A stretch of 64,000 nucleotides of DNA from a virus. Taxonomy: Duplodnaviria > Caudoviricetes. The translations under genes and the position numbers were made by a program. The stretch's first letter is position 1. Each line of letters begins with the position of its first letter. The stretch is taken from IMG/VR virus record IMGVR_UViG_3300028914_000059, positions 116,071-180,070 of that record. The stretch is one strand, 5' to 3'. Below the pieces are notes generated by a model. That model searched no databases. It saw only the letters and a program-made list of their open reading frames with translations, and was not told the DNA's origin. Of the stretch, positions 8,192 to 17,114 are shown one piece after another.

Positions 8192-8460
8192 TGTATAGAT
8201 ACCGCAGAAAAGGAAAAGACGGGCTGCCCCTATATACCTTCACCTGTGACAGATGTGACAAGTGGGTGTGGGATAGTCACGGGGGCAAGGCTGTCGGTAC
8301 TAAGGACGAACTTATCCGCAGGGCCGTTCGGGATCTTGGCTGGCAGATTCTTGAAAATACAGAATCAAAAGCCAATCATGTATTCTGTAAGGAATGCATG
8401 GAAGAGCTCGAACGGCTCAGGCCTGGTATATTTGACGGAGGAGGCGATTCTAATGTTTGA
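8188..8460 (+). CDS. Zn-ribbon protein
   Basis: CDRC...GW...CKEC. Confidence 0.75.
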   Translation: MMYRYRRKGKDGLPLYTFTCDRCDKWVWDSHGGKAVGTKDELIRRAVRDLGWQILENTESKANHVFCKECMEELERLRPGIFDGGGDSNV

Positions 8461-8995
8461 AACTCCCTTGCTACCTATAGTAGATCCGGACAGTGAGAGG
8501 AACGGCTTTATAAGAACATGCGCTGACTTAGCCTATAGGCTGCAGGACCCAAGAACTGTAGCTACAGCGCATTCATTGGAACAGGCAAACAGACTACCCG
8601 ATGGTATAATAGCTACTTTGTTCACACCAGCGACATGCCAGAATGCTACAAGCACTGGTGATACTGATCCAGGAAGGACTTCTCTGAGGATAATACCAAG
8701 ATCTGTAGAAGTATCTACCCTGAAGATGCTGTATGTATATGGCATGATGGCTAAGCCTGTATGTGCATACTGCAAGAAGAAGTATGACGGGTGGAATGAT
8801 AATAATGTTACCGGTGAAGAGCTTGCCAAGCATCTTAAGGAAGATGGGTGGACAGGCATATGTGAGTCCGGCTATTTCATTCCACGTGAACAGGGAATCC
8901 CGTCAGGTATCTTCCTGGCATGTCCTGAATGTGCGAGGCAAAAACAGGAAAAATGCGTGGCTGGAGGGACACTTCTGGCCATATGGGAATTATAG
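8453..8995 (+). CDS. Zn-ribbon protein; start uncertain
   Basis: GGAGG RBS before ATG 8453; CAYC...GW...CPEC. Confidence 0.6.
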   Translation: MFETPLLPIVDPDSERNGFIRTCADLAYRLQDPRTVATAHSLEQANRLPDGIIATLFTPATCQNATSTGDTDPGRTSLRIIPRSVEVSTLKMLYVYGMMAKPVCAYCKKKYDGWNDNNVTGEELAKHLKEDGWTGICESGYFIPREQGIPSGIFLACPECARQKQEKCVAGGTLLAIWEL

Positions 8996-9006
8996 GAGGT
9001 AATAAA

Positions 9007-9141
9007 ATGAGTAAGGTTTTGGAACAACTTCAAAACTATATAGACTATCTGCAGGACGATGATGATCCTGCTGTAGCTAATGAACGCGCTAGCCTGGAAC
9101 GCAAATGGGCTGACATTTATATGAAAGGAGCTAATAACTAA
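9007..9141 (+). CDS. small hypothetical protein
   Basis: GGAGGT RBS before ATG 9007. Confidence 0.65.
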   Translation: MSKVLEQLQNYIDYLQDDDDPAVANERASLERKWADIYMKGANN

Positions 9142-10163
9142 TGGGACGACCAAAAAAGGGAGCAACAACTAAGGAAGGAAAACAGCCACAGGCTCAACCC
9201 TCCAGAAATGAACTGATAACGAAACTAAGAGTTAAGTATTCCAGAGATCTTAATAAACTGGATAAAGTTAAGTCTGAGCAGCTTGAAGAAACTAGGTATG
9301 AAATAGAGAAAGCTTATAAAATTAATCGAGAAAGACTGGAAGATAAGTTCAACAAGAACCTTGCAGCTATTAATGAAAAGTATCCTGCGAAACATAGCTC
9401 ACCCACAGGTAAAATCAGGGACGAAATGCCCAACATATACGAGATGATGTATCTGGGTTATAATAATAACCATCTTAGACATATGAATCCCTGGATAAAG
9501 GAAGTATGTGATGATGAGCATTATGGTGTGTCTGCTAAGTACATGGTTTCACTTCGAGAAGAATTTAAAACTGTGATAGAACCAATGTTCAAACAGTTTC
9601 ATGAAACCGGTATAGGTCCTATTATATTTGGGAGACACATGTCTAACAGGCCTCATGCTAATGGTTGTGGTTATTCTGATGATATGATGGACCCATGTAA
9701 AGAACCCGTAGACTCAGATTACTACGTGGAGTTTACAATCCTGTCTCTCGAGGGTCTGGATAGACTTCTGAATATAATGGACACAGCTTATGTGTATCAC
9801 AACACAGATCAGGCTAAACGTAAAGGTTACATGTGGTATGTTGTCTTCACATATCCTAATGAACGTAATCATATGGTTCTGAGATTGTACTGGAGACCTC
9901 AGTATGATCCAATGTATGTATTAGGCAGGTTTCTACAGATATTGCAGCGTAACAGGACGTTTTTCTCTGAGAGAGTCTGGCAGGAGTTTCTTAAGAGATA
10001 CGAGGATGAAATTCAGTATATCGGTGGGCATGGTTTCGAAGACTATACCTATTATAATGCCTTTTGTCGATACGAGGAAGATTTACATAAAAAATACTGG
10101 GTTACTTTATACAAGGAACCTAGAACAAAACCACTTCAGATGGAGATAAAACCAGAATATTAA
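9141..10163 (+). CDS. hypothetical protein with N-terminal GRPKK basic motif and coiled coil
   Basis: 340-aa ORF, AAGGAG RBS. Confidence 0.85.
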   Translation: MGRPKKGATTKEGKQPQAQPSRNELITKLRVKYSRDLNKLDKVKSEQLEETRYEIEKAYKINRERLEDKFNKNLAAINEKYPAKHSSPTGKIRDEMPNIYEMMYLGYNNNHLRHMNPWIKEVCDDEHYGVSAKYMVSLREEFKTVIEPMFKQFHETGIGPIIFGRHMSNRPHANGCGYSDDMMDPCKEPVDSDYYVEFTILSLEGLDRLLNIMDTAYVYHNTDQAKRKGYMWYVVFTYPNERNHMVLRLYWRPQYDPMYVLGRFLQILQRNRTFFSERVWQEFLKRYEDEIQYIGGHGFEDYTYYNAFCRYEEDLHKKYWVTLYKEPRTKPLQMEIKPEY

Positions 10164-10165
10164 AA

Positions 10166-10205
10166 TAAAATAACCAGGCTGTGATGGCCTGGTTATTTTT
10201 TAGCT
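10166..10205. terminator. bidirectional terminator
   Basis: AAAATAACCAGGC/GCCTGGTTATTTT between convergent genes. Confidence 0.85.
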
Positions 10206-10206
10206 A

Positions 10207-11031
10207 TTATTTGTTCTTTTTATTTTTCTTAGTGTTTCCGCTGTCTGACTGACTTGCGCCGGATCCTCTGAGTGAGCCTAGACCTAAGCCACCAAGTCCA
10301 CCAGCAAGAGCTCCTCCGGCACCAAGAGCATACCCTTTATTTTCAAGACCGGATATAAGCTGTGATAAGTTATCATTAATGCCCGAAGTGCTTCCCTGAA
10401 GTTCTTGTACGATACTTGAAAGATCTTTAATGCGCTTTTGTTTATTAGTATAATTTAACAATGCTTCATTTATGTTGTTAGCTTTTGCACCAGCGCCACC
10501 ATTACCTGTAAGGTTTAATGTATATGCTAAGGTAGCGTCAGATGAGTCTTTAGATAAAGCATCACGAAGTTTACCTAATCCAGTATCTGTTTGAGCTAAA
10601 CTGTTATTAATTCTATCCTGCATTACCGGAACATTTTCAATAGACTGCTTGAAAGCCTTTGCCTGGTCTACTGCAGTATCAATTCCCTGTTTTGTCTTAG
10701 CACCAGCTGCTGACAGTCCTTCCTTGGCTTTAGCACCAGCTGCTGATAATCCTTCCTTGGCTTTAGCACCAGCTGCTGATAATCCTTCCTTGGCTTTAGC
10801 TATATACGGGGCCAATGCTTCAGAAGTTTGTGCTCCAAAGTTTCTTAAACTTTCCCCAGCTGCTGTACCAAAGTTTCTTAAGCCGTCACCCGCCTGTGCC
10901 CCCAAAGCCCTTAAAGTTTCCATAAGGTCTGCCTGCTTTTGCAGTTCTGCCTGTTTTTCCATTTCTGAATTTATCATGACAAGCTTAAGCTGAGCTGCTC
11001 TGGCTATATCATTAGCTAATTTATTAATCAT
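10207..11031 (-). CDS. Gly/Ala-rich KxA-motif protein
   Basis: MINKLANDIARAAQ leader, KQA motifs, AKEGLSAAGAK x3, C-terminal glycine-zipper-like segment. Confidence 0.85.
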   Translation of the reverse strand: MINKLANDIARAAQLKLVMINSEMEKQAELQKQADLMETLRALGAQAGDGLRNFGTAAGESLRNFGAQTSEALAPYIAKAKEGLSAAGAKAKEGLSAAGAKAKEGLSAAGAKTKQGIDTAVDQAKAFKQSIENVPVMQDRINNSLAQTDTGLGKLRDALSKDSSDATLAYTLNLTGNGGAGAKANNINEALLNYTNKQKRIKDLSSIVQELQGSTSGINDNLSQLISGLENKGYALGAGGALAGGLGGLGLGSLRGSGASQSDSGNTKKNKKNK

Positions 11032-11108
11032 TATTACATACCTCCGGAGGTTATATATAGTAATATAGGCTACAATTCTGCGTATGTCAATATAGAACTT
11101 AATTTCTA
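10990..11108. repeat. 119-bp near-identical direct repeat (second copy 11595-11713)
   Basis: covers promoter, RBS and first 14 codons of two minus-strand genes. Confidence 0.9.
11062..11090 (-). promoter_or_regulatory. sigma70-type promoter TTGACA-N17-TATATT
   Basis: reverse complement reads TTGACA tacgcagaattgtagcc TATATT; similar promoters precede genes starting at 11636, 13727, 21183, 22893 and 32945. Confidence 0.8.
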
Positions 11109-11159
11109 TAATTCACCGGGTTATAACAGCCTGGTTATTTTTAGCTATGGTTAGTTAAT

Positions 11160-11636
11160 TTAATTGTCATTGCCTATGAGATATCCAGTACCTAGACCGC
11201 CTAAAGCACCAGCACCGAGCCCAGCTGCGCCTAAAGCAGTGCCTCGATTCCTGAGGCCTTGAACTAAATCAGTCAGTGTATCCCCTGAGGCACCCAAAGT
11301 GTCCTTAAGTGTTTTCCCGGCTTTATCTATATTGTCCAACATTTCATATGTTTGGTTATTTATTAGTCCCGGAGCAGGATTAGCTGTAAGTAATCCTGAC
11401 AGGGAGCTTAAAACACTACTAGTGTGAGCTTGATCTGCGAGATCAAGGATGTTGTCAATTTCGCTAGCCCCACCTTGCAGTGCGGTTCTTAATTTCTGTT
11501 CCAGAGCTTTAGTTTTAGCAATTCCCTTTATAGAGTCTATTATCCCAGCTTGTTTTTCCATATCTGCAGAATATCCCAGACAGGCTAATTTATACTGAGC
11601 TGCTCTGGCTATATCATTAGCTAATTTATTAATCAT
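11160..11636 (-). CDS. Gly/Ala-rich KxA-motif protein
   Basis: same leader, MEKQAG, C-terminal Gly-rich hydrophobic segment ending NDN. Confidence 0.85.
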   Translation of the reverse strand: MINKLANDIARAAQYKLACLGYSADMEKQAGIIDSIKGIAKTKALEQKLRTALQGGASEIDNILDLADQAHTSSVLSSLSGLLTANPAPGLINNQTYEMLDNIDKAGKTLKDTLGASGDTLTDLVQGLRNRGTALGAAGLGAGALGGLGTGYLIGNDN

Positions 11637-11822
11637 TGTTACATACCCCCAGAGGTTATATATAGTAATATAGGCTACAATTCTGCGTATGTCAATATAG
11701 AACTTAATTTCTACAACCCATCAGGTATAAGTATAATGTTCAAAGGAAACTTAGATTAAGCTTGCTGCTGGCTGTGCCGGGCAACTTAACGATGAAGCCC
11801 TTTAGAACAAATGGTGATTAAT

Positions 11823-11963
11823 ATGGTAAAAAATATCGTTAAAGTTATTATTGGATTTGCTGCTATGGTCATTTGCTACAAGAAGTATACAGACCTTACA
11901 GACTGGACTGTTGAAGCTTTTCTAGAACTGATCAATAACAAAAAAGCAGACGATGCTGAATAA
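11823..11963 (+). CDS. small protein with hydrophobic N-terminus (46 aa, not in ORF track)
   Basis: GGTGATTAATATG start context shared with neighbouring cassettes. Confidence 0.7.
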   Translation: MVKNIVKVIIGFAAMVICYKKYTDLTDWTVEAFLELINNKKADDAE

Positions 11964-12069
11964 GAATTTTTGGGCCTAGCAGAGCCCAGGTACTTCAGGT
12001 GCCAAATCTGTTTTTTACCTGTTAATTTTAAATGCTTGTACAGGTATAAGTATGAGCGGAGGTGATATT

Positions 12070-12360
12070 ATGTCAGCATTGTTGTATGTCCAGCAGGTAA
12101 TACTGCTTGTTTTGTTCTCTTTTTCATTCCTCCTTCTTATGGTTGAAATAGTACCAGAAAGAAGCTTGGAACTTGTCTCTGCTCTCGTAGATTTTATTAT
12201 CTTCATTAGCAGCTGGGGAGAATATGATGGCTATAAGGACTTTAGAAACAAGAAAGTTGCTGAACGTCCAGAGCTAGAAGAAGAACTTCCCGAAAGCGTC
12301 ATAGAATTCATTCTATTTTATGAAGATCATGACGACGACAAGAAAGGAGATAAAAAATAG
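12070..12360 (+). CDS. membrane protein
   Basis: GGAGGTGA RBS, hydrophobic N-terminus, own promoter motif and terminator. Confidence 0.7.
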   Translation: MSALLYVQQVILLVLFSFSFLLLMVEIVPERSLELVSALVDFIIFISSWGEYDGYKDFRNKKVAERPELEEELPESVIEFILFYEDHDDDKKGDKK

Positions 12361-12424
12361 AAAAGGAACCTTCAGGTTCTTTTTTACCTGTTAATTTTTA
12401 ACTTTGTATAGGTATAAGTATATT

Positions 12425-12692
12425 AGTAAGGATGAATGTATCTATCTAGATACGGTATCCGGCCGAATGAGGGGAGTAGAAACATCCCGCAGTTATGATG
12501 AATAACTGCTGGAGACCCAAGTTATGGTCATCTTGGTATTGCGTAAATAGGGGTTAATAATGGCCGGGCCCCGTTCCGCCTACTCGGATGTCCAAGATCC
12601 CACCCGCTACGGATCTCTCGAAAGAGGGATTAAAATGGTGCGACCAAGACAGCCAAGGCTCTATCGAAAGATATCCGGAGGGCTGTTTTTTA
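12425..12692 (+). ncRNA. candidate structured ncRNA
   Basis: promoter-to-terminator unit without a convincing ORF; several hairpins, two with GAAA loops. Confidence 0.5.
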
Positions 12693-12811
12693 CCTATTAA
12701 TTTTTTACATACACACGGGTATAAGTACAGTATCAAGAGATCAATGATCTGACATTTCTAGCGTGCTAGGGTGCAGACGTTAAATTAGGTCTCTGATACA
12801 AGGTGATTAAT

Positions 12812-13222
12812 ATGTCAGGACTCAGTAGAACAGAACGTTTTCAACAGTTGTTTAATTTGTTAAATGAACTACAGTTGGTGCCTGGTTCAGAATTTTTTGC
12901 TTTCTTGAAGCGGGAAACTCATTCACCCGCAAGTAACGCCTGCTGGCTGAAGAAAGACAACTTCTGCTACCATATGGTAGTTGATAATCTTCTGGCTCAT
13001 GAAGGATGGGAACCTGGATGCAGTGTTAGTTATGGCTATCTAGATCACGACAGAGGTACTTCTCACTTGGTCAATACTTCTGGTTCTTTGAAGTTTAATC
13101 CTAAAGATGCTGAAGAAGAAGAACTCGAAGGTTACGTTAATGCTGACGATGCAGAAGCCGCTAGAACACTTATGGGGCTGTTGCTAGATTATGAAGCAAA
13201 ATTCAAAATCAGCAAGCTTTGA
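12812..13222 (+). CDS. hypothetical cassette protein
   Basis: AAGGTGATTAATATG start; structured leader. Confidence 0.8.
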   Translation: MSGLSRTERFQQLFNLLNELQLVPGSEFFAFLKRETHSPASNACWLKKDNFCYHMVVDNLLAHEGWEPGCSVSYGYLDHDRGTSHLVNTSGSLKFNPKDAEEEELEGYVNADDAEAARTLMGLLLDYEAKFKISKL

Positions 13223-13292
13223 GTGGTAGTCAAAAAGAGCCTTTTCTCAAGGCTCTTTTTTATCTTATATTTTTAATAATTATATAATGTTG

Positions 13293-13727
13293 TTAATCAT
13301 CAATTTCAGAGTATGCTACTACCATTGGAATTCTACGCATTTTGTCAGCAGTTCTTTTATTGTAGGCATCGTACTCTTTTTTATTTGGTGATAATCCACC
13401 CGCCATTAAACCTAAATTTGTAGTTAATAGTCCAGAAGCTACCCAATCTTTGGGGTTTATAAATCTACCGGTAGCATGTCCGAGCATGCCCATTCCAGCA
13501 CCCCTGAGTATAGCTGGTAAGTATAATCTGTCTTCAGGATCGTTTGCTGCATGTTGGCCCAGGGCCCCCATTAACCCACCTGCAATTCCACCCACACTCA
13601 GAGCTGCTAATAGTTCTGGCAGTCTTGAGGGTGTTTCTATTCCAGCTATTTTTGTCGTTGTTGTGCTTAGAGCAGCTAGTTTAATCTGAGCAGCCCGTGC
13701 TATATCGTTTGCTAATTTATCTATCAT
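13293..13727 (-). CDS. Gly-rich KxA-motif membrane-like protein
   Basis: MIDKLANDIARAAQIKLA...KIAG; three Gly-rich hydrophobic segments. Confidence 0.85.
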   Translation of the reverse strand: MIDKLANDIARAAQIKLAALSTTTTKIAGIETPSRLPELLAALSVGGIAGGLMGALGQHAANDPEDRLYLPAILRGAGMGMLGHATGRFINPKDWVASGLLTTNLGLMAGGLSPNKKEYDAYNKRTADKMRRIPMVVAYSEIDD

Positions 13728-13897
13728 AGGATACAATCCTTTCAGGTATATTTCATATTATATAATATCTCTTAATTTACTTAATATCAAGCCTCTGCAC
13801 AGGTATAAGTACTCTGATAGAGGACAATAGATCTATAATTTCTCGCTGTGCCTGAGTTATAGACGATAAATTAGTCCTTATCAAAAAGGTGATTAAT

Positions 13898-14371
13898 ATG
13901 AAGTATAACGTTAAGAAAGAATTAAACAATTTCGTCAACTTTACTGGTCGCATGGCTACAGATCTTCCAGCATGTGTTCGTCGTGACTTTTTTAAGTCTC
14001 AGGGCGAAAACACCTTTACTGTAGATTTAAATAGTGACGAACTTAAAAGACTTTCTTCTAGAATTGGTGTTCAGCTAATTCAGCTTGTAATTCATTTCAA
14101 CCTCAAGGAAGAAATCGAGCTTATAGCTGAAGAAAAAGGAAGGGGCATGGGGCAGCCCAGGCTCGTCACTGTTGTAAGCAACAAGTTCGAACCAGGTTTA
14201 ACCTGGGAAGATGAACATGAAGAAGCTATCCTTCCTGCTTTGATGGAAGTCAGACAGATATTAGCTGACAGAGTTATCTCTCTAACTAAGAGAGCTCTAA
14301 AGCTCTATCCGGAAGATGAAAAAGAGCAGGAATCCTCTGAAGGCGATGCCTTTTCAGTTTTCAAAAAGTAA
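13898..14371 (+). CDS. hypothetical cassette protein
   Basis: AAGGTGATTAATATG start; structured leader. Confidence 0.8.
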   Translation: MKYNVKKELNNFVNFTGRMATDLPACVRRDFFKSQGENTFTVDLNSDELKRLSSRIGVQLIQLVIHFNLKEEIELIAEEKGRGMGQPRLVTVVSNKFEPGLTWEDEHEEAILPALMEVRQILADRVISLTKRALKLYPEDEKEQESSEGDAFSVFKK

Positions 14372-14445
14372 GTAACTCCTCCAGCTCTTCCCCTCATTCG
14401 GGGATGAGCTGGTTGCCGATTTAATTTTTAACTAAGGAGTACAAA

Positions 14446-14772
14446 ATGACTACTGATAATAACACTCAGGCAGCTCAGCTGCTGGCTGCTGCAAAAGCCC
14501 AGGGAATAAAATTTGGCACTGTGGCAAAAGAACTGGGTGTCCATAGTTATATAATAACGAACTGGTTTACAAGCAGGTCTAGAATTCCAAATGACATGCT
14601 TGTCAAACTTAAATATTTCCTTGCTAAGTTTGGCATACTGTTTAAAGAGCCGGAAGACTGTCTAGAACAGCTTCAGGTAGACGAAGAGATGCTACTGTCT
14701 TTTTATCGTAAGCTGGATTTAAAACATAAATCAATGATGTTAAGTCTAGCCGAAGATTTTAGTAAGCTTTAA
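14446..14772 (+). CDS. XRE-like HTH regulator
   Basis: VAKELGV...ITNW...IP...L.KL pattern. Confidence 0.7.
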   Translation: MTTDNNTQAAQLLAAAKAQGIKFGTVAKELGVHSYIITNWFTSRSRIPNDMLVKLKYFLAKFGILFKEPEDCLEQLQVDEEMLLSFYRKLDLKHKSMMLSLAEDFSKL

Positions 14773-14942
14773 TGCTTTTGATAACTACCGGGGTCTCCCC
14801 GGTATTTTTTTATCTGGCACTTAATTTCATTTCCTTATTTGTTATAAGATATATGCAATGAAGATATAATACCTCTAAGACTTTTGCTACAGGGCTGTGC
14901 CCGGCGGAGTTACTAAAGAAGGTGTTGTATCTGGAGATTAAT

Positions 14943-15416
14943 ATGACAAATTCTACTACTACTACTGAACTCAACCCCGTTACTACTTCTGAAAAAATAC
15001 CTGGATTCTTTACACTTAAAAACGGCCAAAAAGTCGTTCAGACTTCTGGACATCCATGCGCTTTCAATGACGGCACTGTATTTAGACCTGACGAAATAGA
15101 ATCTAAAGCTATTAAGGCCTATTTTTCTTTTCTGACCGTTGAACGCAGCTTCCAGGAAGTCCCCTCTCCTTTTCCAGGCATACGTTACACTCACAGTTCT
15201 CAAAAATTGTCAGAAGCAACTGTAAATAAACTGCATGAACTTGTAAAGGCTAATCCCGATACTATGTTCTTAGTTCCGTTTATGGTTGAAAGTGCTTTGT
15301 GGGAAATGGGTATTCGTGACAAGTTCCCGACTCTTGCTGGTGGCAATGCTACACCTGAAACTTCCAGGGAAACCCCAGATAAGAAGATTTGGAACTTGCA
15401 GAATATGGCTTACTAA
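14943..15416 (+). CDS. hypothetical cassette protein
   Basis: GGAGATTAATATG start; structured leader. Confidence 0.8.
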   Translation: MTNSTTTTELNPVTTSEKIPGFFTLKNGQKVVQTSGHPCAFNDGTVFRPDEIESKAIKAYFSFLTVERSFQEVPSPFPGIRYTHSSQKLSEATVNKLHELVKANPDTMFLVPFMVESALWEMGIRDKFPTLAGGNATPETSRETPDKKIWNLQNMAY

Positions 15417-15501
15417 TTTCGTTTCCTATCGGTTGTGGGTCATCCGTCGAAACCCTCCCGCCTTTGGCGGTGGACTTAAATTTTAATAGGAGATAAATGA
15501 T

Positions 15502-15657
15502 ATGAAAGATATATTGGACCAGGTACTTTACTTGGTCGATTCGGCTAACGACAAGCTTAGCCATGAGATGACCGACACGATCTTCTGTCTGGTTGAAGAC
15601 AAGCTTTGTCAGGCTTCTAGACTAATACAGCAGCTAAGAAATGAAGCTGGTGAATAG
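15502..15657 (+). CDS. small helical protein (51 aa, not in ORF track)
   Basis: AGGAG RBS, followed by terminator. Confidence 0.6.
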   Translation: MKDILDQVLYLVDSANDKLSHEMTDTIFCLVEDKLCQASRLIQQLRNEAGE

Positions 15658-15799
15658 TTAACTCCTCTGGTTCGCCCAGAGTTTTTTTACCTGTAAATTT
15701 TATAAATGTCTATAGGTATAAGTAGTATGTAAAGAGGCAGCTAACTGGCAATAAGTTGTACCGCCAATCAAAAGCTAGCCCCAATCAAAGGTGATTAGT

Positions 15800-16132
15800 A
15801 TGCTAATTTGCTTTATTAAGTGTGAAATAATGGAACAGCAGGAAAAGTTAACTATTAGACTTAGAAGAAGAACCGCTAAGGTTCAGGAATTAGCTCAGCC
15901 ATTACTGGCTGCTTTAGACCGGACGGTTGTTCTAATAAAAGGTGGTAGGTCTGTGCTAGACGAAGATCCGCGCAAGAACCTTCGTCCATGGCTGAGATAT
16001 GGCCTCCAGTTGATTTCTAAAATTAAGCTAGTTGACAAGTTAACAAATACTACTCACAAGCTTTCCGCAGGGAAATTGCCGTATGAACTGTTCCAGCTCC
16101 CGGCAGCTCCTGTGAGAGCTCCACACTATTAA
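15800..16132 (+). CDS. basic hypothetical cassette protein
   Basis: AAGGTGATTAGTATG start. Confidence 0.7.
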   Translation: MLICFIKCEIMEQQEKLTIRLRRRTAKVQELAQPLLAALDRTVVLIKGGRSVLDEDPRKNLRPWLRYGLQLISKIKLVDKLTNTTHKLSAGKLPYELFQLPAAPVRAPHY

Positions 16133-16234
16133 TATCCTCTAGCCGCCCACGCTACACTACTTAGCTATGCTAAGTTATTTTAAGGTGTATGCCTGGGCTA
16201 AATTTTTACCTCACAGTAGGTATAAGATATCCGA

Positions 16235-16580
16235 TGGTTGAAACATACTATATATGCGCCAGCTCAAAGCCACAGGTTGAGTTGGGGCGAGAATTAGCTT
16301 GTGGCGCTACTGTAGAAGCAGGTTACCGAAAGCTACAGATAGCAACCTAGGGTAACTGCCGGCACAAAATCCAGAAACGGCATAAAAATGGCATAGTGTA
16401 TAGGGTTCACGCTCCCATGTGTAACCCTATTGCTATGGTAGAGGTGAAATCAACGAAGTTTCGCTGACCAGTTGGGTTGATTGAGTGATGCGCGACAGAC
16501 TGAGTGAATTCTCAAAAGGCGGAATTCAGTTTTTTCAGATCTAGGCTAGCTCCGCTCGGGCTGGTGGTGAAACTTCCTCT
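16235..16580 (+). ncRNA. candidate structured ncRNA with tandem pseudoknots
   Basis: two H-type pseudoknots and further long stems; no credible ORF; promoter motif at 16219. Confidence 0.6.
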
Positions 16581-16593
16581 TGATTTTTATTTG

Positions 16594-16666
16594 AGCGGGA
16601 TGGAGCAGTTGGTAGCTCGGGAGTCTCATAAGCTCCAGGTCGCAGGTTCGAATCCTGCTCCCGCCA
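16594..16666 (+). tRNA. tRNA-Met(CAT)
   Basis: cloverleaf, CTCATAA loop, A1:C72 mismatch (initiator-like) but lacks the three G-C anticodon-stem pairs. Confidence 0.9.
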
Positions 16667-16823
16667 ATGTTCATACAACGTGCTGGGTTATTAAACTCCT
16701 TTCCCAGCACGTATTTTCTCCTTTTTTGAAATGTCGGGACGGCTGATCACCTAATCCTGGCGTTTCTTTTTTACCTATTAATAGGTATAAGTCTCTTATC
16801 TTATCTAAGGAGGAATAGTCACC

Positions 16824-17114
16824 TTGAAACTTAAAGACATTTCTAAACTTTTTAAGAAGTACGTAGACCAGCTTGACTTTGCTATTGAAGTAGGGGAAAG
16901 CGGCACCAAGGAAGTAGATGATGATATTGCAGCTCCACAATTAAAGGTTCTGAATCTCTGGGTCAGAACCAGGGATCGTGCTCTGAATCGAAAGAACAAG
17001 TCCCAGGCGAGATTTATAGGGGGCTTGATGCGGGACAGCTTTGAGCTGTTAACTGAAAAGAAAAGTCGCTTACTCCAGATTGCGATGGAAAGGGGGCTGA
17101 TTAAAAATGAGTAA
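16824..17114 (+). CDS. hypothetical protein
   Basis: AAGGAGG RBS after promoter motif at 16784. Confidence 0.75.
   Translation: MKLKDISKLFKKYVDQLDFAIEVGESGTKEVDDDIAAPQLKVLNLWVRTRDRALNRKNKSQARFIGGLMRDSFELLTEKKSRLLQIAMERGLIKNE

Noticed and set aside
8246-8995. 249-aa ORF as listed; possible frameshift near 8637 (would give ATCPECYKHW)
   Set aside because: The 5' extension overlaps the 8188-8460 gene; the frameshift cannot be supported without homologs or reads
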